Shown here piece by piece: positions 1 to 13,924 of a DNA stretch of 64,000 nt; within the stretch, counting starts at the first letter, position 1, and each line of letters begins with the position of its first letter. The notes beneath the pieces were generated by a model. That model was not told the DNA's origin. It ran no database searches and was given only the letters and a program-made list of their open reading frames with translations. The stretch is taken from contig CAUYUJ010000330.1 in assembly GCA_963575745.1 (NCBI GenBank), forward strand, positions 1 to 64,000, written 5' to 3'. A program made the position numbers and the translations under genes. Origin of the DNA: Prorocentrum cordatum (Eukaryota).

Positions 1-659
1 CCTCCTCCTCCTCCTCCTCCTCCTCCTCCTCCCTCTCTCTTGAGCCCCGAGGAGGGCTCAGGCCACGGGGTGTTCTGCGCGAGTCGTCCCTGGCATTCCT
101 GTGACGCTTTTTGGTCCTCTTGTTCCTCTCCTTGTTCACCTTTCTCTTTCCAGGTTCGAGCTTTCTCGTTCAGCTCGTGGGGCCTTGCGCCCGACCCCAT
201 CATGAACGCCATCGCCCGCGGCAGCTCGGGCCCGGGCGCGGCGGCGCAGCCGGCTTGGAGGCCTCTTGGGCCGTCTTGGGCTTTCGGAAGGCCGAAGAGA
301 GGCAAACGCCAAAGTCCGACAAAAACCTAAGTGAAAAAACAGTGATTTGGGCATCTTCGGGCTTTCCTGGAGGACCTCTTGGGGGCCTCCTGGGCCGTCT
401 TGGAGGCCTCTCGGGGGCCTTTCGGGCCGTCTTCGGCCATCTTGAGGGCGTCTCGGGTGCACCTTGGTGCCATCTTGGCCGTCTTGGAGGCATCCTGGAG
501 GCCTTCTTGACCGTCTTGCAGGCCATCTTGGGGCCATCTTGGAGTGGGAAAGGCATTGACCAGTAGATTGGGGGAGCTCGCTGGGTGGCTGGCGAGCTGG
601 GCCGAAGCCCCAGGGAGAGTTCTAAAATTCGCCGCCCCCTGTTGATTTACCACAGGCCC

Positions 660-828
660 TGAGATCCTGGCGACTCAATTTTTTCGAGCCGGGCGTTTTC
701 GCCTTTTTTCGGGTCCCGGGACCCTCACAGATCGATCCAGTTGGAAAAATGACGCAGAAAGATGGGGTCCGGGGCTCCGGGTGCGGATTTTCACGATGTT
801 GCAATTTTTTCGCTACGTCGGATCTCAG
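660..828 (+). repeat. Dispersed 170-bp repeat family; other copies at 2963-3132, 6860-7165 (-) and 26650-26810
   Basis: Shared gagatc.tggcgactcaatt.tttcgagccgggcgttttcg...ttcacgatgttgcaattttt.tcgctacgtcggatctcag. Confidence 0.85.
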
Positions 829-934
829 CGGGGGTGCTTGGCGTGCTAGACCCTATACAGTTGTTCGCATAGAGTTTCCCCAAAGGAACTCACCTTGTGG
901 CTTCGGCCCAGCGCGCCAGCCACCCAATAAATGT

Positions 935-2535
935 ACATGTCAACGCCTTGCTCGCCCAAGATGGCCCAACATAGATTTCAAGATGCCTCCCAGACGGCCG
1001 AGATGGCCCAAGATGGCCTCCAAGATGCTTCCACGACGGCCAAGGTGGCGCCAACAGAGCCCAAGATGGCCCCCAAATGCACCCAAAACAGCCCAAGATT
1101 GCCTCAAGACGGCTCCAGAGGCCTCCAAAAGGTCCTCCAGGAGGGCCCGAAGAGGCCAAAGTCATTGATTTCATTTAGGTTTTTGAATGATTTTGCCATT
1201 TGCTTCTTTTCGACCTTTCGACGGCCCAAGACAGCCCAAGAGGGCCCCAAGATCGCCCCTGGATGGCCCCAAAGGCCTCCAAGATGACCTCATGACGGCC
1301 CAAGAAGCTTCAAAGACGGCCCCAAGAAGGTTTCAAGACGGGCCAACAGGCCTCCATGACGCCCATGGTGGCCTCAAAACCGCCCTGAAGCGCCCCCAAA
1401 GGGCCCCAAGTCGGTCCATAGAGGCCCCTAAGACGGCTGCCGACGGCGTCAGACGGGCCTGGAACGCCCTAAGACGGCCAAAGAGGCTACCAAGAAGCCC
1501 CAAAAGGCCCCCAAGAGGCCCAAGGAGGCTTCCAAGAGGCCTCCGAGAGGCCCACAGGAAGCTCCCAGAAGGCCCCAAGAGTCCGCCTCCTCCTCCTCCT
1601 CCTCCTCCTCCTCCTCCTCCTCCTCCTCCTTCTCCTCCTCCTCCTCCTCCTCCTCCTCCTTCTCCTCCTCCTCCTCCTCCTCCTCCTCCTCCTCCTCCTC
1701 CGCCTCCTCCTCCTCCTCCTCCTCCTCCGCCTCCTCCGCCTTCTCCGCCTCCTCCTCCTCCGCCCTCATCCTCCTCATCCTCATTATCATATGTCATCCT
1801 CCTCTCTATGTGTCCTTCCTCTTTTCCGCTTCTTCTTTCTCCCACGCGTGTTCCTCCAAGGGGTTCCACAACGGCTGGGGGAGCACATGGTCGGATAGCT
1901 TGGCACAGCTCCGGCCACAACGCTCGGCAACATGGGCGATTCCAAAAGGTAGGGGGCGGCGGTCTCCGTAGGCGTCTTCGGTAACCAAAAACTGCTGGAA
2001 CATTAGCACGCCAGGCACCCCTGCGATGAATCAACAGGGGGCGGCGGATCGAAGACGCCTACGGCGAATCACCGCCGCCCCCTGCCTTTTTGGAAGCGCC
2101 TATGTGGCCGAAAGTTGGGCCAGGTTGAGCTTGGCCAAACTATCGGACCATGTGTTCCCCCAGCCGTCGTTGAAACAATTCAGGGAGCACGTGAGGAAGA
2201 GGAGCACAAGGAGAAGAAGGAGATCGGAGCAGGAGGAAGAGGAGAAGCAGGAGGAGTAGACCTCTTTGGGGGCCTCTTGGGGCACTCTTGGGGTCTCCTG
2301 GGAGCTTCCTGGGCGCCTCCTGGAGGCCTCTTGGGGTCGGCCTGTTCGGGACCTTTGGGGGCTTGTTCGGGGCCTCTTTGGCCGTCTCAGTGCGTTCCTG
2401 AGCCGCCTGACGCCGTCGGGAGCCGTCTTGGTGGCCTCTCCAGACCATCTTGGGGCTCTCTTGGGGCGCTTCAGGGCCGTCTTGGAGGGCATCTTGGCCG
2501 TCGTGGAGGCCTCCTGGGCCTTCTTGGGCCCCCCT
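935..2535. repeat. Inverted pair of repeat elements built from 11-bp-period ccaagatggc/ggcctcttgg units
   Basis: 1871-1980 is the reverse complement of 2050-2168, and the flanks 1340-1580 and 2260-2530 are also inverted homologues. Confidence 0.8.
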
Positions 2536-3534
2536 TCCTGGGGTACGGGAGCCCCGCCAGGTCCCCCACAAGGTGTTTTTGCAAGCGGGGCGTTCCCGAG
2601 TCCGGCTCTCAGGGGCCCGTTTCGGGGCCCGAGGCCATAAGAAGTGCACCAGGACGAAAAATTGCCCTCCTGGGAAGTGGTCGGGCGTTCTGAGGCCACG
2701 GACTGAAAAAGTCATTTCCTCCTCCTCCTCCTCCTCCTCCTCCTCCTCCTCCTCCTCCTCCTCCTCCTCCTCCTCCTCCTCCTCCTCCTCCTCCTCCAGA
2801 CCCCCTCGCGTTGTCGGGCGGGGCTAGGACGAGGATGCATCCACTCCGGAGCGTTCCAGAACGCTCTCAGAGCGGCCCGGAGCGCCGTGAGAGAAGGCCG
2901 CGATGCCAGATGCTTCCTCCAGAGCCGCCGGCGCCTCCGAGGTCCGGAAGTTCTCCCCCCCTGAGATCTTGGCGACTCAATTCTTTCGAGCCGGGCGTTT
3001 TCGCTGTTTTCTCGGGCCCAGGGACCCTCACGGACCGATCCGGCTCGAAAAATGACGCAAAAAGACGGGGTCTGAGGCTCCGGGCGCTGATCTTCACGAT
3101 GTTGCAATTTTTGTCGCTACGTCGGATCTCAGGGCCCAGAGATCCGAGGATGCGATGCTCGCCATCCGGCGGTCTCTCCTGGGCGTCGGCCTCCGTGGCC
3201 CGTTGTCTGGCCCGGGGGCCCTCAAGAATGGATCCCAGAGGAAAGGCCACCCCCGGGGATGGGGTCCAGGCCTTCCTGATGGGGCCGCGGCTCGGAGAAA
3301 GAGTCAGGCCCCCCGATAGTCGGGGGTGGACAGACCTCCTACCCTGACACGTCGACTGAGGAATTGGCCGCTTTCGGCTCGCGAGGGGGCGTCGCGGCCG
3401 TCGCTTCTGCGGGTCCAGGTCCGTCGGTTTCGGTCCAAAGGCCGCTTTCCCTAAGGGGAGGTTTGCGAAAGGGAGGTTTGTCCACCGCCGAGACAGGTCT
3501 TCGGAACGCTCCCGGGGCGCGTCTCGTCGGTGTC

Positions 3535-3945
3535 GGCCCGCGGGGCCCTCTCGTCGGGCGCCCGGGCCGCCGAGGAGGGAGCCGAGGCGGGCCACTGCCC
3601 CCCGGGGAAGGGGGCGCGGGGCTTCGGGGGCCGCGCACCGGGAAGTGCTCGGGCGTCCCCAGGGGGCCCTCGTCGGGCTCCCGGGCCGCCGCGAAGGGAG
3701 CCGAGGCGGGCCACTGCCCCCCGGGGCAGGGGGAGCGGGGCTTCTGGGGCCGCGCACCTGGGAAGTGCTCGGGCGTCCCCGGGGGGGCCCCGGGAGGCCC
3801 AGGCAGGGCCAGAGGCCAGAAATGGCGAGCAACCGCCCCCCGGGGGAAGGGGGAGCGGGGCTTCGGGGGCCGCGCACCTGGGAAGAGATCGGGCGTCCCC
3901 AGGGGGACCCCTGGAGGCCCAAGCAGGGCCAGAGGCTAGAACTGG
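3535..3945. repeat. 120-bp GC-rich tandem repeat (about 3.3 copies)
   Basis: Unit ...gggccgcgcacc.gggaagtgctcgggcgtcccc recurs at 120-nt intervals. Confidence 0.85.
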
Positions 3946-6900
3946 CCAGAAGCTCGGGGAGGCCGACCCCCCCACCCCCCCCCCCCGAGGCGGAGTATCG
4001 ATGGAGTCGGCCAGGATGCGTGCTCCCACGAGGAACGCATCGGAGGCCTCGCACAGCGCGCGATCGTTGTATCACCCAGTCCGCACGTCCGCCCTGTTAG
4101 ATCTGGGACGGCGTTCGCGCGGCGATGTTCCGACGCAGATCCGACGCGAACCCGACGTGAGTCCGACGTAAGTGCGGTTTCAATATCAAACGAAATTGCC
4201 GCGCGAGGCCTCCGGGATGCTCCTCGTACATGTTCCGCGTCGCGACGGATGCCTGCGCCCCTGGCGCCGCTTGTCCAGTGCCGTACAGGGCCGCCCGCCC
4301 CCCCCCCCCCCGCCCCCCCATGGGACGACACAGGCGCGCGCGGCCTCTTGCCTCCAGCCTCCCACGCCTCCATCGGCGCCACGTCAGGGTGACCAAGACA
4401 TGCGACGCCCTGAGGTTTCCCATGCGGGGCCCCCAGAAGTCCCCGCCCCTTCCCACCGGACGGGTGTTTCGTCCTGCATCGTCTCTTGACCGTCTCAAGG
4501 GGCCCGGCGAGGGCCTCTACAGAGGCCGAAAAAGGCGAAAAGCCTCCGTCCTGAACGATTTCTGTCACGGCGCGATCATGTCGGGGGACCTCTCACCACA
4601 GTGACCCTCGGGTGCGCAGCTTGCTGGCGGCCCAGGGAGCCGCGCACCGGAGGCCCCGCCTGCCTGGGGCCACTCCTGCGCGCCTGCAGCCGACGCCACA
4701 GCCGCCCTTCTTCGAAAAAGAAAAAACGCCGTAAACATAAACTTTTGGCGCTCCGCGCGGATTTCTTGGATCTGCGCTGGGTCCCCCCCCAGCGGCGCCT
4801 CCGGCGCCGCTCCGCGCCAGGGAGGAGGGTCCAGCGCAGATCCAAGAAATCCGCGCGGAGCGCCCAAAGTTTGTGCTCACGGCGTTGTTTCTTCTTCTGC
4901 TTCTGCTCCGGTCGCGCCCCCCTTCCCCAGACAGCCCCCGACCTGGTTTTTTGCTCATCCGCGGACCCGGGGCTCCCGACCCACTCCCCAGGGGCAGCGC
5001 TGCGCCCCAGGCTCACGTTCGAAGGCCCCGGAAGCACCCGGAGGCCGAAAATTAAAAACATCGCATCCTCACAAGAATTGAAAAAATCGAGGAAGCGCGC
5101 CAGGACAAGTGGCAAGCGTGCCATGGCCCTTACACAAAAGGGAGGGGAAGGAGGAGGAGGAGGAGGAGGAGGAGGAGGAGGACAAGGAAAAGGAAAAGGA
5201 GGAGGAGGAGGAGGAGGAGCAAGGACTGAAAAATCAGATCGGCGGAGGTCTGGGCCGGGGCAGCGCGCGGCACCGCCGGGGGGCGCCATGGCGCCGCCGC
5301 GCTCCAGCCGCCCTCGCCGCGCGCGCCCGCGCTGCCGCGCCCGAGGAGCCGCCGGCCCCCGCGCGGCCCTCGCGCCCCCCGCGCGGGCCCCCGCGCGGCC
5401 CCCGCGCGGCCTCCCGCGCGGCGCGCGCCGCGCGCGCCGAGGAGCCGCGGCCGCGGCCGCGGCGGCCGCCGCCGCGGCGCTGGCGGCGGCCGCGGCGGCC
5501 GCGCCGCCTTCGCCGCTGGCGCCGCGCGGGTGCCCGCCGCGCGGGCGCCGCGGTGGCTCAGCCTGCGGCCGCCGGGGCCGGCGAGGCCCGAGATCCGGGC
5601 GGTGCGGTTTTTCCTGAATGTTTGAGGTCACCTCCGCCTCCGCTCCGCCTCCGCCTCCTCCCTCCTCCTCCTCCTCCTCCTCCTCCTCCTCCTCCTCCTC
5701 CTCCTCCTCCGCCTCCGCTCCTCCTCCTCCTCCTCCCTCCTCCTCCTCCTCCTCCTCCTCCTCCTCCTCCTCCACCTCCTGCTCCTCCTCCTCCCTCCTC
5801 CTCCTCCTCCTGCCCTCCTCCGCCGCCGCCGCCTCCTCCTCCATCTCCGCCTCCGCCTCCGCCTCCTCCTCCTCCTCCTCCACCTCCTCCTCCTCCTCCT
5901 CCTCCTCCTCCTCCTCCTCCTCCTCCTCCTCCTCCTCATCATCATCCTCCTCATCACATCATCATCAGCATCATCATCATCTTCATCTTCATCTTCATCT
6001 TCATCTTCATCTCATCTTCTCTCATCTTCATCATCATCCGCCTCCTCCTCCTCCTCCTCCTCTCCTCCTCCTCCTCCTCATCCTCATCCTCCTCCTCCTC
6101 CTCCTCCTCCGCCTCCTTCTCCCCCCCCTCCTCAATCCGGATGTTTGTCCTGGGTTTCGGCCTGCGGGGCCCGTTGTCGGGCCCGGAGGTCCAGGCGATG
6201 CAGTTCCCGAGCCCCCTGCAAACGGGGCCTTGGCAAACGGTGCGTTGTCAGTGGTGTTTTCAAGACACTGATTTGCTCCTCCTTCTCCTCCTCCTCCTCC
6301 TTCTCCGCCTCCTCCTCCTCCTCCTCCTCCTCCTCCTCCTCCTCCTTCTCCTTCTTCTCCTCCTCCCTTGCAAACGGGGCATTGGCAAACGGGGCGGTAG
6401 CCTTTTCAGTGGTGTTTTCAAGAAACTGATTTGCCGCGCACAAGTGCGAGGTGATTGCCCCCCGCCCAGAGGTACGATGATGCATCGGCGTTTGTGTCGT
6501 CCCGATGTATCACGCACTAGTGCGGTGCAAACGCCCTGTCACCCCGTTCTCGCTTAAAGAGGCCCCTTAGCTGCCGCCCCGTTTGCTAACGCCCCGTTTG
6601 CAAAGGCTTGGAGTTCCCAGATCTCCTCGCGTTGTCGGGCGGGGCTAGGACGAGGATACATCAATTCCAGAGCGTCCTGGAGCGCTCTCAGAGCGGTCCG
6701 AAACGCTCTGAGAGAAGGCCGCGATGCCCGATACATCCTCCAGAGCCGCCGGCTCTCAGGCTTTCCTCCGGAGCCGGCTGGCCCAGCCAGAACCCCAGAG
6801 ATCCGAGGATACGGTTTTTTCAATCCGTTTTCCCTGGATGTCGGCCAGACCCTGAAGTCCGACGTAGCGAAAAAACTGCAACATCGTGAAGATCCGCGCC

Positions 6901-8934
6901 CTGAGCCCCAGACCCCGTCGTTCTGCGTCCTTTTTCGAGCCGGATCGATCCGTGAGGGTCCCAGGGCCCGAAAAAACAGCGAAAACTCAGGAGGGAAAGA
7001 AACACACAGACACAATTGATCGTCGACTCCCAGGAAAATATGGGAAAATATGGGAATTGGGGGCGAAGACAAAAACCCAGAAAATATAGGAAAATATAGG
7101 GAATTGTGTCCTCTGGCCCCTTCAAAAACGCCCGGCTCGAAAAGATCGAGTCGCCAGAATCTCAGGGCAGGGGCCCGTGGTCGGGCCCGGGGGCCATCAA
7201 GCATGGATCCGGACGACAAAACCACGTCCCGGGAAGGGGTCCGGACTTCTGGGCCGTCGCGTTGCAATGAAACTCGCGACGGGACAGCAGGTTTTGGCGC
7301 CCGGTCCCCCTGGCAGGAAACGCACGCAGCACCGTACATGGTGCTCTCCTGGCCCCTTCTTCCTCCTCCTCCTCCTCCTCCTCCTCCTCCTCCTCCTCCT
7401 CCTCCTCCTCTTCTTCTACCTCTTGTGCTTTCTCCGGCTGCTCGCGGCATTTTCCTTGATCCCGCGTCGAGCTTGCTGGACGCATGCTTTTGCCCACGCG
7501 CCTACTGGCGCATGGCTTGTTCGTTCGTTCGGCCTTCGGGGGCCCTCGCCGGGCCGCGGGAGAGTCAGAACACGATTCGGGACGAAAATCCGGACCTGGA
7601 TCGGGGGAGCGTAAGACCCGGGTTTGCCGGGACTCGGGTTCGCCATCGTTTTTTGACGACCGCGACTCGGATTTTGACGAGGAGGAGTTTCGTGGGATGT
7701 CTGCAGCGGGAGGCCTCGTCAAAATGCAGGCTCGGCCTCGTCATTTTTTTGACGGCCTCGTCGGGGATTTCCGAGTCCCCCGTACCCGGGTCTTACGTCT
7801 CCCCGACTGGAGAAGTGGTCCGGACCTCCGGGGGCCACGCATCGAAAAAATTGGAGCGGCCGGACGTCTGGGGACGGGAGGTTTTCCGCTATGTTAGGCC
7901 TCTGGGAGCCTTTGCCCGGCCTCGGGGCCGTCTAGGAAAGGGTCGGGGGCGGAAAAGAGGGGGGTGATGACTAGGGGGGGGTGGATATCATGGCGCGGGC
8001 CATGATATTTTCCCAGATTTCGTGGCGCCTCTTCTTATTTCATTACGTCCCTGGCCCCCCCGCAAGGCCGCGCACATGCCGCCGGTCATGATTTGCGCCC
8101 CCCCCTCTTGGACACCCCCCTCTTTCCCGCTCCCGAAAGGGTCGAGACCTTTAGGGGTGGACGTCGTGAGAAAATCATGACGTCGGGTGTCTTGGTTTGG
8201 AGCCGTCTGGCCCAGCCGGAACCAGCGTGGGGCCATCTCATCGGGGCTCACGGGGATCAATCAGAGCGCCAGACCTTGCAGGATCCTGCAGGGCGAGGGT
8301 CGCATTGACCCGGGCTAGCGCGCAGGATCCTGCCAAGGCCTGACTGACCCGGGTTTGGATTGACCGGGTTCAGTAGATCCCCGACCTCAGGCCCTCAGCC
8401 AGGCTTGGGGCTTGAGGTGGCCCAGCACCGGTTCCAGCCAGCAGGAGGAGGCGAGCGAGGATAGGCGGTTCTGGGTTCGACGAGGTGTTTTGCCATTTCC
8501 CGTCTCCTGGGGCCGTTCCAGGGTCCCGGGGCCGTCGAGAGCATATCCGGGGTGGAATTTTGCAAGAGGTGGGCCCCGGGAGCGGTCCGGGGATTTCTTT
8601 TGAGCGGATTCGCCCTCTGTCCCTCCGAGGTCCCAAAGCCGCGTGGCGACGGACCGTGCGGTGCGGCCGTTGGGGATTCCGAGGTCAAGGCACGGTCCCA
8701 CAAGGCACGGTTCATCGTGGGAACCCCCGTGATTTTTGTCACGACGCGCGCACGTTCAGGTTTTCCCGATGCTGATGTTTGGTCGTAGCGTCGGATCTCG
8801 TTGAATTGGATTTATCAGTAGCCCAATCGTCCTGGGAGGACTCAAGCTGAACCCCAGAATTGGCAGCGGAACGGGAGACAGAGACTCTGGCGAGAAAATG
8901 TTCCATGTCTCCGCAGCTGCATGGGATTTGTTGC

Positions 8935-9083
8935 ACATATATATATATATATATACACACATACATACATGCATGCATGCATACATGCATGCATGCATGC
9001 ATACATCCATACATACATATATGCATACATACACATACATACATACATACATACATACATACATACATACATACATACATACA

Positions 9084-9117
<34 letters not shown>

Positions 9118-9602
9118 CACATACATACATACATACATACATACGTACATACATACGTGCATACGTACACATGTACATGCATACATACATACATACATGC
9201 ATGCATACATCCATACATACATGCGTACATCAATGCATACATACATGCATACATGCATGCATACATACATATATATATATATATACATATATATGTGTAT
9301 ATGTATATGTATGTATGTACATACACAATTACATACATACAGGCATGCATGCATGCACACATGCATACATGCATACATACATACATCACATATGATATAT
9401 ACGTACGTTTGTACATACATACATACAAACATACATGCATGCATGCATGCATGCATACATGCATGCATACATACGTACATACATACATACACATACATAC
9501 ATATACATACATACATACATACATACATGCATGCATGCATGCATGCATGCATGCATGCATACATACATACATACATACACATGTGTAATGTGTGTATGTG
9601 TG
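8935..9602. repeat. (TACA/TGCA)n microsatellite
   Basis: Read directly from the sequence. Confidence 0.97.
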
Positions 9603-10644
9603 TAAGGTACGATCTTGAATTTTCATCCAAACTAACTCCCGATTGCAGGAAAACGCAAACATGAGGGACAGCGATAGGGGGGACTGGAATAGGGGGGACG
9701 CATCGACCTGGAATCGGCGATACATCGCCAATAGATCGGCGATAGGACCCCGATAGTGAATCCGCACGTTGCTGGGCAGGTTGGGGCTATCAGGCCCATA
9801 TCGGCGATCCATGGGTGACGGGGGGTCGATACATTCCCCCCTGAGCTTGTCTCCGAGTGGTTTTCGGGTCATAGCTCGGGCATCCGGCGGCCATTCGGGA
9901 CGATTCTGGCACCCTCGGGGCCTCTCCGCCAGGCGCAGCTGATGGAACGGAGCCCGAGGCTGGGAAACAGCCGAAGAACCAACGAAAGCGCTGGATAACT
10001 TCGAACCTCGAAGCTTACGATCCCCCCTGAGCCGCTTTCCTCCCCAGCTTCGGATGCAACTCTTGGGAGGTCAAATTCTGACTTTGCCCTGGTCCGAACT
10101 CCCGCTTCATCTGGCCTATTCCTGCTTAATCCGCTTCAAGTCCGTTTAATCCGGCTTAATCCCGCTTAATCCGAGGCCCAAATTGGCGTAACAACCCCCG
10201 AATGGGGCTTAATCCTCTTTAGTCCTTCCGACGAAGACCTCCCAGCAGTTGCCTCGTAACCTGGCGTTGCCCCCAGCGATCGTGGCACCCTCCTCCCGAG
10301 GAGGGCGCGGCCGCCGAGGAGGGCGCGGCCGCCGCGCCGCCGTTGGCGAGCGCCGCCGCGCCCGCTCGCGAGGAGGGGCCGGCGCCGCCCGAGCGGGCGG
10401 CCTGGGGCGCGGGCCTGTTCCCCGGCGCACGGGCCTCGGAGTGCCTCCCTGGCGCGTCGGAGAAGGAAGAGGGGGAGGAACTGACGCCTCGAGCGCTCGC
10501 CGACACGGCTTGGAGGAGGACCAGCAGGAGGAGGAGGAGGAGGAGGCGGAGGAGGAGGAGGAGGAGGAGGAGGAGGCCGACGACGAGGAAAAGGCCGACG
10601 ACGACGACGACGAGGACGACGACGACGACGACGACGAGGAGGAG

Positions 10645-10677
<33 letters not shown>

Positions 10678-10739
10678 CGCTTGGAAACGTAGCGCCCAAG
10701 CGACTGCAATACTCACCACCACTACCACGAACGGCGGAA

Positions 10740-11700
10740 GATGACATTTCGGTGCGCTGCCAGTTGGAGAATGAAACTCTGCAACTTGAGAAAGACCTTC
10801 ACCTTGCTGGCTAAGATGCTAACGTCATGTCCCTCGGACCCTTTCCGCACGAGAAGGTGACCAACAGAACGTAAAATGAGTTCTATGAGACAAGCGCAGC
10901 CGATAGGATGAAAGATGAAACCCACGCAGAAAGGCTAGGCATGTGCGAAACCGCGGCGCCACGTCTACATCGATCTAACAAACTCAATAGTACGGCGTGG
11001 CACTACGCACGGTATTGGGAGCTGTGCGCACCATTTGACCAAGCACATAGGGAACGATTGCTTGCCTCCTACTACGCCCAGTGCCACAGGGACCACAAGC
11101 AAATGAATACCAAGTGGGAAACACCACCAAATACAAACTGAAATACCCTTCCCAAGCTGAGATGGGAGATGCCGGCAGTGTAGCTGATGGTGCCTGGCCC
11201 CAGCTGGACGCGGAACAGACAAGAGAAGTACACTCATTGCGGTGGTGTGGGGTACCTGTACTGAAGCTGAAGGGACCAGACCAGACTCCAGCATTGAAGC
11301 TGATGGCCAACTGCACCCACCACTGGACGATGACATCCCGCCTGGCCGCCACAGTGCATGCTAACACTGCTTGCTTCATGAATCAAGCATAACAAACGAC
11401 TTGTGAATATGTGGCAGCGCGAATTGAAATACAACAAGTGCGATCGATCCAAAAGAACAGCAGTTGAACGTACACCATAACGCACGAAGACAAAACGACT
11501 GCTGGATATTACATTTAATTATCCCAACTTTACTGTGCCACGCCAACAACCTACGACAAATGCGAGAAGCAAAATGTATGGAAGATTACGTGATGGTGGA
11601 AGTCCCTTCAGCGCCACGCGAAGGCAATCGGCCGGGCACCCCATGGCTAACTTGAACCAAAATTTGCACGATGTCTTGGGCCACCCGTGCTTGAACGTCG
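10740..11700 (+). pseudogene. Highly decayed LINE-like 3' relic
   Basis: A-rich, non-repetitive island between (GAG/GAC)n tracts. Broken fragments MKDETHAERL, HNARRQN and RDGGS resemble the order seen in the 62.7-63.9 kb element. Confidence 0.3.
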
Positions 11701-13052
11701 GAGGAGGAAGAGGAATGAGATGAGGAGGAAGGAGGAGGAGGAGGAGGAGGAGGAGGGAGGAAGGAGGAGGAGGAGGAGGGAGGAGGAAGAAGGAAGGAGG
11801 AAGGAGGAGGAGGAAGACCCCAAGACCCGGGCGTTGCAGTTTTATCACGCTGGGTTTTTTCACCCATCTTCGGGCCCCGCGAGACCATCACAGATCGCTC
11901 CAGCTGAAAAACTGTAGCAAAGATATAGGCTCTGGGCTTCTGGTCGTGGTTTCTCCCGATGTTGCGCTCTTGTCGCAACGACAGCTCTCTGGGCATACCT
12001 ACCACGCAGCGGTGCCGACAGGACGAGGGCGCCTGGCGGCGACTGCTTGGATTGCCATGGCACCCCGGGGAGGGGGGGCTAGGAGACGCACCGATTCCTT
12101 GACGCCGAGTCCAGGGCACAAGGCCCACCCTTGTGCTGCGAGGGTGGCCAGACGAGTTCCTCCTTAACGCTCGCGGGCGGCGCCCCCTGCGAAGATGGGC
12201 TTGCATCCCCTCGACCGCGCCCGGCGGGACGCCCTTCGCGAGCCGCCCAGCTCGTCCGCTCGAACGGTGACGACGGTGACGGCGACGGCGGCGGCGGCGT
12301 CGGCGACGACGACGACGACGACGACGACGAAGATGACGACGACGAGCAGGCGCAGCGGCTGCAGGAACAGCAGGGGGGCAAGAGCCATAGCAGGAGGAGC
12401 AGGAGCTGAAGCAGGCGAAGAGAGGAGGACGGAAGAGGCGGGGGAGGGCGAGGGAGAAGGCAGGGCGGGGGGGACAGGGGCAGGAGAAGAGGGAGATGGG
12501 TTGAGGTGCGGCCGGACTTGATACCTGACGCTCCCATCGTCGACCCCGGGCTCTTGGCAGGGAGGGCAAAAAGGAGACGGCCCTCAGCCCCTCTCCACCT
12601 CCCACATCCCCACCTTTCTCGCCTTTCTCGTCCTCCTCCTCCTCCTCCTCCTCCTCCTCCTCCTCCTCCTCCTCCTCCCTCCTCCTCCTCCTCCTCCTCC
12701 TCCTCCTCCTCCTCCTGCTCCTGCTCCTCCCTCCTCCCTCCTCCTCCTCCTCCTCCTCCTCCTCCTCCTCCTCCTCCTCCTCCTCCTCCTCCTCCTCCTC
12801 CTCCTCCTCCTCCTCCTCCTCCTCCTCCACCTCCTCCTCCTCCTCCTCCTCCTCCTCCTCCTCCTCCTCCTCGCTCCTCCTCCTCCTCCTCCTCCTCCTA
12901 CCGCCCCCCTCTCTTCCAGCCCCCAGCCCCCTCCATTCCCCACGTTTCTCTGGCCACTCCCCTGCCCCCCTTCCGACGCTCCTCCTCTCCCCTCTCCTCC
13001 GCGCCCCCCTCCTGCCCCCTCTGCCCCGCCCCGCCCCCGCACTCTTCCCAAG

Positions 13053-13172
13053 GTTCGTGGACGAAGAGGCACTCCGCGAGCAGAACCGGTTCCCGATTCC
13101 GGAGGAGGGCCTGGTCCAGCTCGCCAAGGGGTTCGTCGCGAGGCTCTTCTCGGACCCCGCCGACGTCAAGAG
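13053..13172 (+). CDS. Host gene exon A (conserved algal protein, possibly SnoaL/NTF2-like fold)
   Basis: ag|G TTC GTG: FVDEEALREQNRFPIPEEGLVQLAKGFVARLFSDPADVK; GC donor AG|gcgagc in phase 2, compatible with the exon at 22352. Confidence 0.7.
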
Positions 13173-13924
13173 GCGAGCATGCCGAGCAGCAATCAAAGCA
13201 CGAGTCGTTTGCTCAGAGCTTGGGGCGCGTTTGGAGGTTTGCTTGCCGCCCTGGCCACGCTTCGAGGATCGAAGGGGATGGCATCTCTTCTCTTTGGGGG
13301 ACGGCTGGCGGAGGGAGGCAGAAGTGCAGCGAGGCCAGCAGAAGTAAGAGTTGCTTCCCCAAGGGACGACATTCCCTAATCAGTGCGTGCACTGAAGGGG
13401 TCCTAGCGGAAGTTGAAAGATTTGGCAAAGTTTCCCGCCGATTTTGGTAGCCGGGTGGGTTCCCAGGTTCCCGGTTCCGGGTTCCCGGGTTCTCGGTTAT
13501 TGGTTCCGGGCCGATTTCGGTGGGTTTTGGGTTTCCTGGCTCCCGGGTTCCTTGTCGATCTCCTCTGCGAAAACCGTTCATTGATTGGGGCTTTTCTTTG
13601 GTGTAATTTTTGGGTAGATCGAGGGTTTCCGGAACCCGCCGTGTGGGAACCAATCCACGACGATGTTGCTACTGGTCTGCCAGTTTCGCGGTTCTGTGGC
13701 TGGCTTGTCCTCGTCCTCCTCTTCCTCGTCTTCCTCGCCCAGCCTCCCCAGACTTCCGACGTCGCGGCTTATGTTCGCAACGTGGCTCCCCAGAGGTCTG
13801 GAGCCCTTCCCGAGGGGCCAGCTTTTCATCCGAGCCGTGTCTTGACGGCCTCGGGGCCCAGCAAGGGCACCCGCAGGCCGAAAAATCCCACCAAACAGTG
13901 TCCGCCGTGATTGTTCTTACGACG

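Noticed and set aside
8739..9872. Cys/Met/His-rich ORFs
   Set aside because: Translations of the (TACA)n microsatellite.
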